A stretch of 64,000 nt of DNA from Octopus sinensis (Eukaryota), in assembly GCF_006345805.1 (NCBI RefSeq), contig NC_042997.1:124806001-124870000 (forward strand), in the 5' to 3' direction. A model generated the notes under the pieces. It did no database searches, was not told the origin of the DNA, and was given only the letters and a program-made list of their open reading frames with translations. Below, piece by piece: positions 1 through 16,567 of the stretch. The position numbers and the translations under genes were made by a program. Within the stretch, counting starts at the first letter, position 1. Each line of letters starts with the position of its first letter.

Positions 1-16
1 AATAATAATAATAATA

Positions 17-47
<31 letters not shown>

Positions 48-72
48 GGACTACGACGACGACGATGATGAC

Positions 73-108
<36 letters not shown>

Positions 109-112
109 AAAT
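1..112. repeat. Compound (AAT)/(GAT)/(GAC) trinucleotide microsatellite
   Basis: Directly visible. Confidence 0.95.
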
Positions 113-658
113 GATGCAGTAGCAGGCAGTGGTTCTCGCGGCTTCTGATCTTAACTGATTGGAGGTGTTATTATGTACATTGTTTTGTCTTGGTATAAAA
201 GATGGGCTACAGCAAATATTTTGCTCAATACCACAGATTTGTTTGTCAGTTGTTTGACCTTAACCAGTTGACTATGTGCCATAGTAGCTAACGATATGTG
301 CATCTCTGATCACGAGCAGAAATAGTGGGGAAGCATCATAGCCCTGTGTTGAGAGGAATTCTTGAAGGTTTGAATAATTCACCTTTGGAAACATGGGTGG
401 TTCGTTCGCATTCCTAGAGAATACTTATTCAGAAACCCTTTGAGCGGGATGGGCTACTCGACCAGAAAAAACTTCTAGCTGGGCCCCACCTGCAAGGACA
501 TGTGCTGTTTATCTTGATGTGAGATCACGATGTTACGCACATATGGTTGTGATGCACGTGCCTTTGTGTACCCTTATCAGATTGGTAGTCATGATGGGTA
601 ACTGCGCTTCGTATATTTTACCCGTGTCAATTTGATGGTATGCACTGCTCTCGCACTC
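113..658 (+). repeat. Unclassified interspersed repeat running into an (AAT)n tail
   Basis: Non-coding block bounded by trinucleotide arrays on both sides; ends ...ctctcgcactc-(aat)n. Repeat status is inferred, with no second copy in the window. Confidence 0.35.
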
Positions 659-2657
<1,999 letters not shown>

Positions 2658-2718
<61 letters not shown>

Positions 2719-2760
2719 TTAATAATAATAATAATAATAACAATAATAATAATAATTTTA
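2658..2760. repeat. (AAT)n microsatellite, 3' flank of the R4/Dong-like fragment
   Basis: Directly visible. Confidence 0.95.
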
Positions 2761-3484
2761 TTATCCCACAGGTGCATAGATGAGGAAATATAACAAGGAC
2801 ACGCAACAATGTGAATGAGGATTTACATACAAGTTGAGAAGAAATAGAAATGAAAATAATTCTTTCGACAACAGGCTTTAGGGCTGAAAATTAGGGGATT
2901 ACATCTCCTTCTGTGCTCACGTGGCGCTGAATTTATCAACGCTGAATAGATAAAAAGCTGTTTTCCTCCGCGGAACTTAAACCTCTATTTACCACATCGG
3001 CGTCCGTCGAAGAAAGAGTTTTACAAAGTTAGGTTCGAATTTCTGTAAGTGGGATTTACACAAAATCGAGTAAGAATCATAATGATACTAACTTTTTTAC
3101 ATCATGCGAGCGCCTTTCAAAACATCAACTCAAGAAAGCAGTCGAATATTATTTGGTGTTTTGAGAATCAGGGAAAACATATATAAAGTTCTTTAATTCT
3201 TACCACAACAATAACAACAGAAATAAATTTGGAAGTGAATTCTGTATTCAGAGCTAATGGCTACACATTTGTTGAGAGTATAAAACGAGAATGAGTCGTT
3301 AATGCCTTTCATGAACAGCAATGATAATTGCAATAATAAAATATGATGAAATGTGTCAACACTTTATAGGTTTGAGATAAAATATAAAATATGACAAAAC
3401 AGAATAAGTTTGACATACGAATCAATAAGTCTACTTCTATAATTTCATAGCATTTCACTAAATTTATATTTCTCTTTCCCTCTC

Positions 3485-4000
3485 TCAATAAATTCCTATA
3501 AATATTATTGCTGCTGCTGCGACTACTGCTGTTAATGCTGTTTGTGTTGTTCCTGTTATATTTGTCGTTGTTGTTGTTCCTTGTGTTGACGTTTGTGCTG
3601 TTGTTGATAGTGTGTTCTTGTTTGCGTTTTCTTATGGTGTTGTTACTGATTGTGTTGTTGTTGTTGTTTGTGTCCTCGTTGCGGATTGTATTGTTGTTAG
3701 TTTTTCTTAGCATGTTTGTGTTGACGTCGGAGTCGTTCCCTGAGTTGATGTTTGTCTTCTCGTTTGCGTTGTCGTTGTCTATGTTGGTGGGGTTTTTTTT
3801 TGCGGTTGTTTGCGTTGATGTTTTTACTGTTCCTGTTGTTCTTGTTGTTTACATTGTTTGGCTTGTTTTTGTAATGATGTGTGAGCTCTTGTCTGTTTTG
3901 TTGTTATGTTATATATATATTTTTTTTTACAGTTGTGTAAACTATTGTTGTTGTTTGTACTGTTGTCGTTTGTTATAGTTGATTTGCTGTTTGTGCTTTT
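3485..4000 (-). pseudogene. Decayed mucin-like Thr/Gln-rich terminal exon with hydrophobic C-terminus
   Basis: The minus frame ending at TGA 3487-3485 reads ...QTSTQGTT...AQTSTQGTTTTTNITGTTQTALTAVVAAAAIIFIGIY*. It carries internal TAA/TAG stops and a frameshift near 3790-3800. Confidence 0.4.
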
Positions 4001-4003
4001 GTT

Positions 4004-4388
4004 TACTCTTTACTCATTACTCTTTTACTCTTTTACTTGTTTCAGTCATTTGACTATGGCCATGCTGGAGCACTGCCTTTAGTCGAGCAAATTGACTCCA
4101 GGACTTGTTCTTTGGAAGCCTAGTACTTATTCTATCGGTCTCTAAGTTACGGGACATAAACACACCAGCATCAGTTGTCAAGCGATACTGGAGGGGGGAA
4201 AACACAGACACACAAACATATACACACACACATACATATATATACATATATACGACGGGCTTCTTTCAGTTTCCGTCTACTAAATCCACTCACAAGGCTT
4301 TGGTCGACACGAGGTTATAGTAGAAGACACTTTCCCACGAAACCATGTGGTTGGTAAGCAAGCTCCTACCACACATACACTCCTGCAC
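4004..4388 (-). mobile_element. tRNA-headed SINE family A (internally deleted copy)
   Basis: Matches the other family A copies: head ggagtggctgtgtggtaag..., internal TA/TG tract, tail (gtaaaaga)n. Confidence 0.85.
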
Positions 4389-5774
4389 CCTTTTTGTTCA
4401 CTTTGATTTGCTTCTTTTGTTTAACTACTGAATGAAACAGGATTACGAGCGAAGAGGTTTCGTCCGTGATCACTACGCTATGCATCTTTACACTCTCGAG
4501 CGTCTATTGTTATAAGACAATATGGTGTGATTTGAGATTTAAAGCCAATGTTAAGAGCCCTTTGTTTCGCGTTAGATTCACCTTAGTCTTTGCTTGTTTC
4601 ATTCTCTTACTGGTTTTAACCAATTCACTGATGTCATACTTGAACATTGCCTTGAAAAGTGTATTCATTCAAATCACACCATCACCACAAAATCCACTTC
4701 TTCCGTTCAATATGGTGCTCATTCTAACGATCACTTCTTGAGAGAGTCTCTATGTAACAGGGATATAAATTTGCACCGATTGGCAGGCGCTCAGAGACAG
4801 ATGCAAATACTCCGCGTGCATACGTGCCTGTGTTGTACCTGCTATGTGCATTATGCTACTCTGCGGTATCAGGTTCAATCTCAGTGCGTGTCTCCTTGAG
4901 CAAGTTTGTCATGCGCCATGACAAGTCTGGGTAGACAAACACTGTGAGTAAAATATGGTATGCGGTGCCTGTGTTGTGCTTACTTATCTCCAGACAATAA
5001 ACCTGTCCTTTTCCTTAAAAGCTTATCAACTATAAACACTGGTGGTGGTGGCGGTGGGGGTGGGGTTGTGGTGGTGGCAGTGGCGTTGGTGATGGTGGGG
5101 TATTGTTGGTACTGGCGGCGGCGGCGGTGGTGGGGTTCGTGGTGGAGCTAAACGTGGCTATGTTGCACGTCTACTGCCCAACAATATTCTCTCCCAGTGA
5201 TTTCCAGTCAGACACCGCAGACCATATTTTACTCACAATGTTTGCCTCACCTAACTTCATGTCTGATGACATTCTTGCCCAAGGAGACACACACCGAGAT
5301 TCAACATCATAGTATAACGTACTTCTTAACTACGTGGCCATGCCTGCATCTTTAATCTGTAGACGTGGTGAAGGAGACTAATAAGTGTTTTACTTTTAAT
5401 GAAATTATCTTTATTATGAAAGTAAATGTGTCATAACATTATATCAGAGATGGTAAAACAGTAAGGATCCGGATTAAATCATCAGTTATGGTAATTAATT
5501 ACGTTGAATTAGATAGAACTCATACATTTTTACGAGGATCAATTTTGCTTTTTAGCTTTTGTATAGTCGATAAAATTATTTGCACTTAAGCACTGCAAGT
5601 TAACTCGGAAGATTGTGATATCCCTTCAAAAGATCCATTTATTTGTACTATCGTAAGAAAACATTATACGAGGTTTATACAGTTAGTAATGCAATAATGG
5701 GCATAACTCATTTATATATTGATTTAGGATGTTCCAAACAGAGCATGCTGGTAAAGTAACTCTCCCTTTACACA

Positions 5775-6640
5775 AAGACTCTATTGAATATAATCTCCTC
5801 AAAAGTTGCATTTACCCCATCGTTGAACTCAAATCTGAAATACTTTTTGAAAAGTATTTGGTGTGCATTTTCTATCCACTACTTCACAGCTACTTCGACC
5901 TTGTGTGAGTCGTAAAATCCTTGTTCCCGAAGACCCTACTGACACAAAAGTGAGTATAACAAAAAGAAATGATTGCTTGCTTTTAAACGTCTTAGATCAT
6001 GAAGAATATAGGTGACGCCATTCCACAGACTTGAACCTCCGTTTTTAGATCTGATACATACATCCAGATTTTATCATCTGTTATATCATGTCGGAAAAAT
6101 GCATATTGATATTGCCTTTAAATTCGTCCAGCAAATTAGGACTGACTTCCACACCCTCCTCTCCTCCAAATCATGTGTCAGCTGCCGAGGTACCCACTTA
6201 GCACATATTTCCCGTTAACCAAAATCTTCCTCCATCTGCTATGATGCATTACGACAACATTCTATTTGTGTAGTAAGCTCGCGGATTATGTGCCGTCTGT
6301 TTGCGGTAATCAGTTTGTCCATCCGCTGATTGTTTCCCACTTCGTGGGTTCTTTTTAAAACTGATGTTCCTTTCTTTAAGACATTCAACCATTTGTGCAA
6401 AATGTTCTTGTCAGCAGCCTCCATATACAACCTATTGCTTTCTATGGATGTCGGACAGCTTGCAGTTCTTCGTCGAGAATTCGGTGACATTAGGTGGCTT
6501 CTGCTCGGATCCTATAATGTACTTCAGAAGAGGGATTATAGCGGATGCAATACTTTATCAACATGCACCGTTGGAACGATTTGTGCTAGTTATTAAACAA
6601 CATCATATCTGCATTTGCATCATTTTTGAATAATTACCGT
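5775..6640 (-). mobile_element. Degenerate mariner transposase relic
   Basis: Minus-strand fragments include ITDDKIWMY (TGDETW-like), KSVEWRH and WGKCNF*GDYI (C-terminal RWxKC..GDY). Confidence 0.65.
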
Positions 6641-7274
6641 TTTAGTAACACAACTGAGAACAGGTAGCTTCCTTACATCGTGTTAGAAGTATTGACTCTG
6701 TTTATAATTTTAACGCTCTTGGAATATGCCTAAATTCCACAATTTCTCAAGCACTCTCAGTGTAGTTCAGGTGAGTAGTAAAAAAACATTTTTATTGGTA
6801 TGAAAATGAAAATATTGTGAGGTTGCTAGCAAACAACATAAAAGCGTAGCTCTTTATTGAAGCATTTACACACCTTCACAGGGCGATATCTGTTTCTTTT
6901 TTTAGCATATTCTCATATGGTTCTCCACTGTTTATAGAATTTTGGTTCCATTATATATTAAAGGTGGCCTTTGAGAAAATAAAAGAATACATAGAAGTAG
7001 TTATAACCATGTTAAACACACTCGCGCGTGCACACACACACACGCACGCACATACACACACACACAGACACACACACACAGACACACACATATATATATA
7101 TATATATGTGCACAGACACACACACACAGACACACACATATATATATATATATATGTGCACAGACACATATACTTGAGTTATATTTTCAATTAGAGCTTA
7201 ACGACTACATAACATGGCGTAGCTGAATGGTCAAGAATCTTAATTCTTTCCTACTGAAGACACAACGCCCGAAA

Positions 7275-7615
7275 CTTTTATGGAGAGGTACAGTCGATTA
7301 TATCGACCGCAGTACGCAAGTGGTACTTAATTTATCGACCCCGAAATGTTGAAAGGCAAAGTCGAACTTGGCGGAATTTGAACAAAGAACGTATTTATTT
7401 CTTTACTACCCACAAGGGGCTAAACACAGTGAGGACAAACAAGGACAGACAAATGGATTAAGTCGATTACATCGACACCAGTGAGTCACTGGTACTTAAT
7501 TTATCGACCCCGAAAAGCAAAGTCGACCTCGGCGGAATTTGAACTCAGAACGTAACGGCAGACGAAATACTGCTGAGCATTTCGCCCGGCGTGCTGACGA
7601 TTCTGCCAGCTCGCC
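7275..7615 (-). mobile_element. SINE family B, tandem partial dimer
   Basis: Reverse complement of ggcgagctggcagaa...gttctgagttcaaattccgccgaggtcgactttgcctttcatcctttcggggtcgataaattaagtacc. Confidence 0.85.
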
Positions 7616-10259
7616 AAGAATCTTGATTAATAAACGAACATGTGCAGAGGAATATGGAATAGAGAGTAACATAATATAATCAATAAAGAACATTTAAATA
7701 CAAAGAAACAGTTTAGACGGTTTGAGAATTTCTAATTGGAGAATAGGGTTTAAACGACTGTAGTTTAAGTACATTTACTTATAAATGGAATATAAGACTA
7801 CGTTAAATGTAAATCGAAAAATCCAGTGCTATGTTTAACCTTTAAGTTTTAATATGTAAGCGGGAAAGTTAAATGCACTGAAGTAATCCTGTAACTCGCA
7901 GTGAAATATTTATTCGAAAAGGTAACTTTAAAAATAACAATCAGAAAGAGAGTGACATTTGATATTTATCACATATTAAAGAATTTTTCAATAATAATCT
8001 AACCATTTCATGATATAACACAAGCGGACAGAAATAATGCAGAAATAATTCCAATGAAGCACCATGAATGGCAGTAGATTACAAAGGATAACAAGATATA
8101 TTGTTTAAAATATTGAGTAAAGATATTTGAATATAAAAGTATAAAAAAAAAGGTTAAGTGCTTTACGAGAAGAAAAGAAAACCAAACCTTTACCGATATC
8201 ATCAGCACCAGTTAATAATAATGGAAATTAGAATTTCTTAGATAAACAACAGTCATGAGAGAAAATACAAAATAAATGTTTTAAGAAATAAAATTTATGC
8301 CACTTCATGGCGTTCTTTGATAGTAAGTGATAGCAACATAAACTGACAAGATATCTCTTAACTCTACGAAATTAATGAGTATTCTAATGATGCACAAGAG
8401 AACAGACGAAATATGAAACAAACATAACTGACAAAAATAATCTAATTAGTAGAGTAACGCATGTAATAACATAAGAAGCCGTCATTAACATCAATGAATA
8501 CTCAATATAGTGTAACATCAAATATAGTCAACCAGCCAGCACTGAATGAATAACGATTTCTAACGTTGGTACAAAGCCAGAAAATGTTTGAGAAGGCTCC
8601 GAAACGATGCAATCCACTCCAGTATTCAGCTGGTATTTACTTTATAGAAACCGAAAGAAATGAATATGAAGATCTCTCTAGGTGAAATTGTAACTCACAA
8701 TCAGCAGGAAGCAAATAAAATTGATTTCAAATTTTGTCACAAAGGCAGCAAGTTCGGGAGTGGTGGATAAGTCGATTACATCGACCCGAGTCTCCAATTG
8801 GAACTTATTTTATCGTCCCCGAAATGGTGAAAGCCTCGGCTAAATTTGAACTCGGAACACAAAGAGGGACGAGGGAAGCAAATAAATCTTGTAAGCTATT
8901 TTGTTCGCTGTGTTTCTTTCCCTACATTTTATGAACATTAAAGAAATAAAACATTATTCAACATTTGAAACAGAAAACTAGTAACAATATAATCTCACTC
9001 GATTTCTTAAGCTTATTTCATCTGTAGTAGAACTGTGACTGTATTATATACAAAATATATAATTTTCAAATTTCTAGCATATGTAGGAGATCAAAAAAGT
9101 TCAGGGGAAGTTATTCGAACCCAGCAATTATTGACAGCTATTTGAAACTTGAAAATATAGACATTTGTAAAAACCAGAGGGCACTGCACTGACTAAGTAA
9201 AATAGATATTGCGGAAACTATTAAAGAATATTTCAAAAAGGATATATGAAAGAAAACGATATCAATGAGTAACAGATGAAATATTTAACATGTTAGATGG
9301 TCTATTTAAAAAAAAGACAAAAATAATGATAGAAAATTTGAGCGACAGCGAAAGCGGTATTTGAAATACAAATTTGGAAAGTGACCAAAACACTTGGCGC
9401 AAAAAATGTGTTTGATATCATAGGCACTTTATATAGATAAAAACCTAAAAAAATAGAAAAAATATAAGGAAAAATGTAGTCAAAATATATATATTTTCAA
9501 AAATAGCGATAACTTTTTATCTGTTAATTACTCGAGGAAGAGTAATTTTTCGGAGCCTCAGAGTCTAATAGAAAAATGTAGGCGATCATCAAACTAGATA
9601 CTTGATACGAACGCTTCAGCAAAGTTACCAAATTATATTGTCGTAGTGTTGAACAGGGTGATGCGTTAACTCTTCGATATAAACCAAGTACAGTTACAGA
9701 GTATATGTACACATGTTGAGTGTTGTGCACTGTTAAAAAGACGTTATGGAGCAATCGACGCAATTTCACTGAGAAAAATCAGTTTTTGAATTATTTTTAT
9801 TAAGAGTTAAGTCACGTTGTCTTTCTTCTCTGTTCTATATTTACAGCAATGGACTCTTTCTTTTCATTTGGTGACTCTATATTATCCTCATATAAAACCA
9901 CTTAATGCATTTATACGTAACTCTGATCCTCTACTCACCTTTTGACTTACGAATTAAATACTTTTAACAGTTTTTCTTTTGTAGCGCAACATCTATATAG
10001 AGTTCTTCCATCATCCGTGAACTCCATCGTCTAACATTCAACACTTCAAAGGCAACATTAATCGGAATAACCTTACTCCCCTTACTTGCTTGCTTCTATC
10101 CTTTAATCTTAATCTCGGTGTGTGGTGGAGTTCTAGACATATAAAGCTGCGATTAGCTAATAAAAACAATTCAAATAACATTAAGAGAAACGCCATCTTA
10201 TTTCACAACAGACTTACATTCACGCAAGCAACCCCTCATGCGTATGTGTGATTATGTAG

Positions 10260-11610
<1,351 letters not shown>

Positions 11611-11774
11611 GAACGGACAGACTTGGTAAAGTGGCAGTAGCTTAAGATGAAATGTCTTGTGGGATAGAATCAGACTCTTATAATTTCCAGTTCGTATCTT
11701 GCCAGTGCCAATTTTATATATTATCATTTCAGTGTTGATAAATAAATTAGCACTTCAGTGCTGAAGTCGATTCC

Positions 11775-11925
11775 TCATCATCGTGATCGTCATCGTCGTC
11801 GTCGACGTCATCGTCGTCGTCAACGTCATCGTCGTTGTCGACGTCATCGTCGTCGTCGTCTTCTTCTTCTTCTTCTCCTTCTTCTTCTTCTTCTTCTTCT
11901 TCTTCTTCTTCTTCTTCTTCTTCTT

Positions 11926-11956
<31 letters not shown>

Positions 11957-12107
11957 TTCTTTTTCTTCTTCTTCTTATTCTTCTTCTTATTCTTCTTCTT
12001 CTTCTTCTTCTTCTTCTTCTTCTTCTTCTTCTTCTCCTTCTTCTTCTTCTTCTTCTTCTTCTTCTTCTTCTCTTCTTCTTCTTCTTCTTCTTCTTCTTCT
12101 TCTTCTA
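11775..12107. repeat. (CGT/CAT)n followed by a long (CTT)n trinucleotide microsatellite
   Basis: Directly visible. Confidence 0.95.
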
Positions 12108-12276
12108 TCTCCTTGCCTGAAAAACAGCCTAATTTCTACCTGAACCGAAATTGGTGCCGCCAGATTCAAGATATGCATGACACTCTGCATATCACAACAA
12201 AATCAATGCCATTCTGTGTGGATTCGAGGGCCAATGTGGTCTATGTAAGTCTGCATGTGTGTGGGCATGCGTGTAT

Positions 12277-12405
<129 letters not shown>

Positions 12406-12765
12406 GTTTCTTTATTAGCCACACAGGGCTGAACACATAGGGGACAAATTACAAATTAGAGCTTTTCTTTTTGTGGAGAAAAAAAGATGGGTGAATGTAG
12501 CAAGGATGGCACATATGAATGACGAAGCCACCTTGAGCATAATCCTATGAACCCGGAAAAACTTAAAACAGAGAGTTACTTACGTACAAATAAATATGTT
12601 AACATGTGACATTATTGACCGAGGTTACCGTGGTCTTTTACGTAGGCTTTTCTTTCCACGGATAAACCTTATTTGTTTCCCATTTTACATTTTGCATCAT
12701 GGCATTTCCGTGATACACTATCCCTATTGATCGTTATTTTTCTTTTTTACGATCCCTTTTGATCG
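12406..12765. mobile_element. Short 5'-inverted copy of the Tx1-like element at 41-47 kb
   Basis: 12406-12472 matches 41059-41125 in the same orientation. 12479-12765 matches the reverse complement of about 41212-41552. GATA repeats lie on both sides. Confidence 0.9.
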
Positions 12766-13242
12766 ATAGATAGATGGATAGATAGATAGACAGACAGACT
12801 GACAGGAACAGAAACAGAACCACACATTTAATTATATATAGACAAAGTAACACATCGACATACATATCTGCCAGTATAACCATACTCAGAATTAGGCATG
12901 CATTCAGAGACACACATTCGGAAACAAATACAGGAAAACAGATACACAAAGGCGTAGAAGTACAATTAGTTATTTAGAATGCATAAAAAGAATGATATCC
13001 ATATTCATTCACATATGCGCACGCACACAGACACTCAGACACGCGCGCAAGGCTTTAGTGACAAGATGGCGAGCAGAAATTCAGACAGCATTTGAACTTA
13101 TATACACATAAATGCAAACATACAGTCAAGCAGTTATGCTCATACATATAGATATAAAAACATACTTTTTACGTCTAAACACAAACACGGATAGACAAAA
13201 AATATATAATAGGCTTTTATATATATATATATATATATATAT

Positions 13243-13381
13243 AGGCGTAGGAGTGGCTGTGAGGTAAGTACCTTGCTTACCAACCACATGGTTCCCGGTT
13301 CAGACCCACTGCATGGTACCTTGGATAAGTGACTTCTACTATAGCCACGGGTCAACAAAAGCCTGAAAGAAGCCCGTCATA

Positions 13382-13462
<81 letters not shown>

Positions 13463-13694
13463 GTGAATATGTGTTTGTGTGTCTGTGTTTGTCCCCACAA
13501 CATCGCTTGACAACCGATACTGTTGTGTTTACCTCCCCGTAACCTAGCGGTTCGGCAAAAGAGAACGATAGAATATGAACTAGGCTTACAAAGAATAAGT
13601 CCTGGGGTCGATTTGCTCGACTAAAGGCGGTGCTCCAGCAGCGCCACAGTCAAAATAACCGAAACAAGTAAAAGAGAGAAAGAGTAAAAGAGTA
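13243..13694 (+). mobile_element. SINE family A, full length
   Basis: tRNA-like head with A/B-box-like motifs (tggctgtgaggtaag; ggttcagaccc), internal (TA)n tract, (gtaaaaga)n tail. Confidence 0.9.
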
Positions 13695-14619
13695 ATTATA
13701 GGCATGAGTAAACGAAACGGTAGGAAAGATATTGGCTAGATGAAGAGAAATTCTGAACTGAGTGAACGTGAATAAATAGAAGAAAGAAAGAGAGAAAGGA
13801 AGAGAGTATGATTAATGAGAAGGAGCTATGAGAAGAAATAGAGAAAAAGAAAGGACGAAGAGAATTTAAAATAAAACAAACACTACAATAATTTATGCTA
13901 CAATGTATTACAGAATAAATCTAAAATTTCAGCCAACACGTTGTATGTAAATTAAGGGGAATTAAATTCACTGGACATTTGTGTGAAAAAAAGACAGTTG
14001 TTTACTACTCTCCAGTGAATGTAATTCAGTTTACGTCACTCACGTGTTTTTGGTTGAATTCTTAAATTTATTTTATAATACATTACAGCATCAAAGCAAA
14101 CATTACTTAGCGCATCAGTAATTTATTAGCCAAACTAGCTGTTAACTATGCGTTATTTATGCAAATCAGTTTACCCGATTTTGTGTAACCCATAATGATA
14201 ATAACAATTATAAAAACAATGTCTCAATAGACAAATATAGTTAGGCTATCAGTTCCCGCTGATATCCTGATCTCCCCAAATGGGATTGAAACCGTTCAGA
14301 TTGAATCTTCTATTTCTGTCCCTGGAAAGATTGTTTAATCACAATTAGTAGCTGTTCACAACTGTTCTCCGTAATTAACAAGGCTCAATTTACATGTCCA
14401 TAATGACGTATTGATCAAAATCTTATAGTTTATTCTATAATATATTACAGTATCAAAACAAACACAGTTTAGCTATTTAACAATTATAGATTCAAACTTT
14501 CTAACAAGGAACGTGTTTCGAATAAGATAATGAGGAGAGAATATTCAAAGAGAAGGGAATGAGGCGAGAATGACAGACAGAGAGAGGTCAATCATGAATA
14601 CTTTTTCGTTTCGTAGGAA

Positions 14620-15010
14620 CATGTGTGTGATTAAGAAGTTACTTTTGCAACCAAATGGTTTCTGGTTCTGTTCCATTACATGGTACCTTGAGCAAGAGTC
14701 TTCTACTATAGATCCGAGTCGCTAAATACTTCTTGAGTGAATGTCATAGCTGAAAACGGTAAGAAATCCCGTCGTGTGCATGTGTGTGACTTTGTGTTTT
14801 GTTTGTTCACCACCATCACTTGACAACCGATGCTAGTTTGTTTACGTCTTCGTAACAGCTGTGCGGCATAAGAAGCCTACAACTAAGTACGAGACTTTAA
14901 AAAAATAATAAGTAGTGGGGTCGAGTTATTCGACTAAAATCTTCGCAATGTTGCCCCAGCATGGCTACATTCCAAGACTAAGAAAAGAGATAAGAGTTAA
15001 GAGAAAAGAA
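14620..15010 (+). mobile_element. SINE family A, diverged
   Basis: Collinear similarity to 13243-13694. Confidence 0.75.
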
Positions 15011-15904
15011 TATTCATATTCTCAAAACAATCTCAAAGCTATTTCCTTTTATTATATTGGAATTGAGTATTGAGCGGAGATATGATGTCATGGTAGCTTT
15101 TGGATTTAGAATAAGAGATTATTGATAGAAGTAATTCCTGCTTGTAGAGTTTGTGTTAACAGTGAAATGCAAGGATATAAATGTGTAGGAGACTAATGAA
15201 GGCTCTTGCTATATAGATGCTACGTTCAAACTAAAAGAGGGACGGCATCAATTTTCTATGACGTCGTTATTGACTTCTGTAGCAATATTAAAACTATTAA
15301 TAAGATGTTTTAGTTGAATATGTAATATGTAACAGACGGTTTGACGTCTATTTTTAGCATACAAGGGATCCACACAGTAATTTCTCATATTGTTTATATC
15401 TTAAATGGAATTCACGGTTCTCGGACATTTTTAAGTATGCTGACCACTAGTTGAAACTGGTATTATTTAATATTATTTAATAATAGTAATTTCTACTCTT
15501 ATTATTTAATTTCGTATATCTGTGTTCTCTAGCCAGTTGATTCATTGCAGTTATTTTCTGTTTTAACGCCCTATTATGAGGGCGTTTGAATCGAAGTTGA
15601 AATACATGATATTAGAACTGTATACACGGAGACGGATGGTGTCCAGTTCCATTGTTGAGTCAGCACCGATTTTACAGAGGAGACAGATAATTATTGAATT
15701 GTTCCTGTTGAAACTTTCAGGTATGGAATTAAGTACTGTGCTTATTTCTTTTCATTTGTCTAGCTCGTAAACATCTAGCGTCTTCCTAATCTGAGAACAC
15801 AGATTTAGTGATGAGACGGATTGATGTCTATTTTTAGCATAAAAGTGATCCACACAGTGATCTCTCATATTGTTTATATTGAAATATAATAGAAACGATT
15901 TATA

Positions 15905-15949
<45 letters not shown>

Positions 15950-15956
<7 letters not shown>

Positions 15957-16190
15957 TGTATGTAGTTGTGTGTCTGTGTTTGTTTCTTCACCAACACCAA
16001 CACCATTATCACTTGACAACAGATTTTGGTGTTTTATGCACCCGTTACGTAGCGGTTCGTCAAAAGACGACGATAGAATAAGTACTAAGCTTAGAAAGAA
16101 TAAGTCCTGGAGTCGATTTGTTCGGCTAAAGACGGTACTCCAGCATGGCCACAGACAAATGACTGAAACAAGTAAAAGAAAAAAAGAACA
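15950..16190 (+). mobile_element. SINE family A, 3' half
   Basis: Matches the 3' module (cttgacaac...ccagcatggcc...gaaacaagtaaaaga). Confidence 0.8.
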
Positions 16191-16277
16191 TATGTGTGTA
16201 TATGTGTGCATGCATGTATGTACCTATGTATGTATCACGAGTATTTATATGTATATACATACACACACACGCATATG

Positions 16278-16329
<52 letters not shown>

Positions 16330-16393
16330 ATATATATATATATATATATGCATACATATGTGTTTCGAAAACAGTACTACGTCCTTGTTTTCA

Positions 16394-16567
16394 CTATTTA
16401 TTAGAGTATGCTCGTATCTTCTTTATTTTGGTATACGTCGGTTCGTTTTGAGCAGTAACGTTCCTAAATTGATCAACATCAACGTTGATTGACTTTCTCA
16501 AATCAGTCTCATCATCAAATTGTGAAGTGTTACTGATGTGTTTAACTGCCTCATAACATTTGAAGTC
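16394..16567 (-). other. Candidate coding exon of an unidentified host gene
   Basis: After cattag| the frame is open for 57 codons (DFKCYEAVKHISNTSQFDDETDLRK...EPTYTKIKKIRAYSNK*). No homology recognised. Confidence 0.25.

Noticed and set aside
7995-9770. TM-like (about 8000-8075) and Cys-rich (about 9630-9770) minus-strand pseudo-exons
   Set aside because: They need several frameshifts or stops to read and are indistinguishable from chance in AT-rich DNA.
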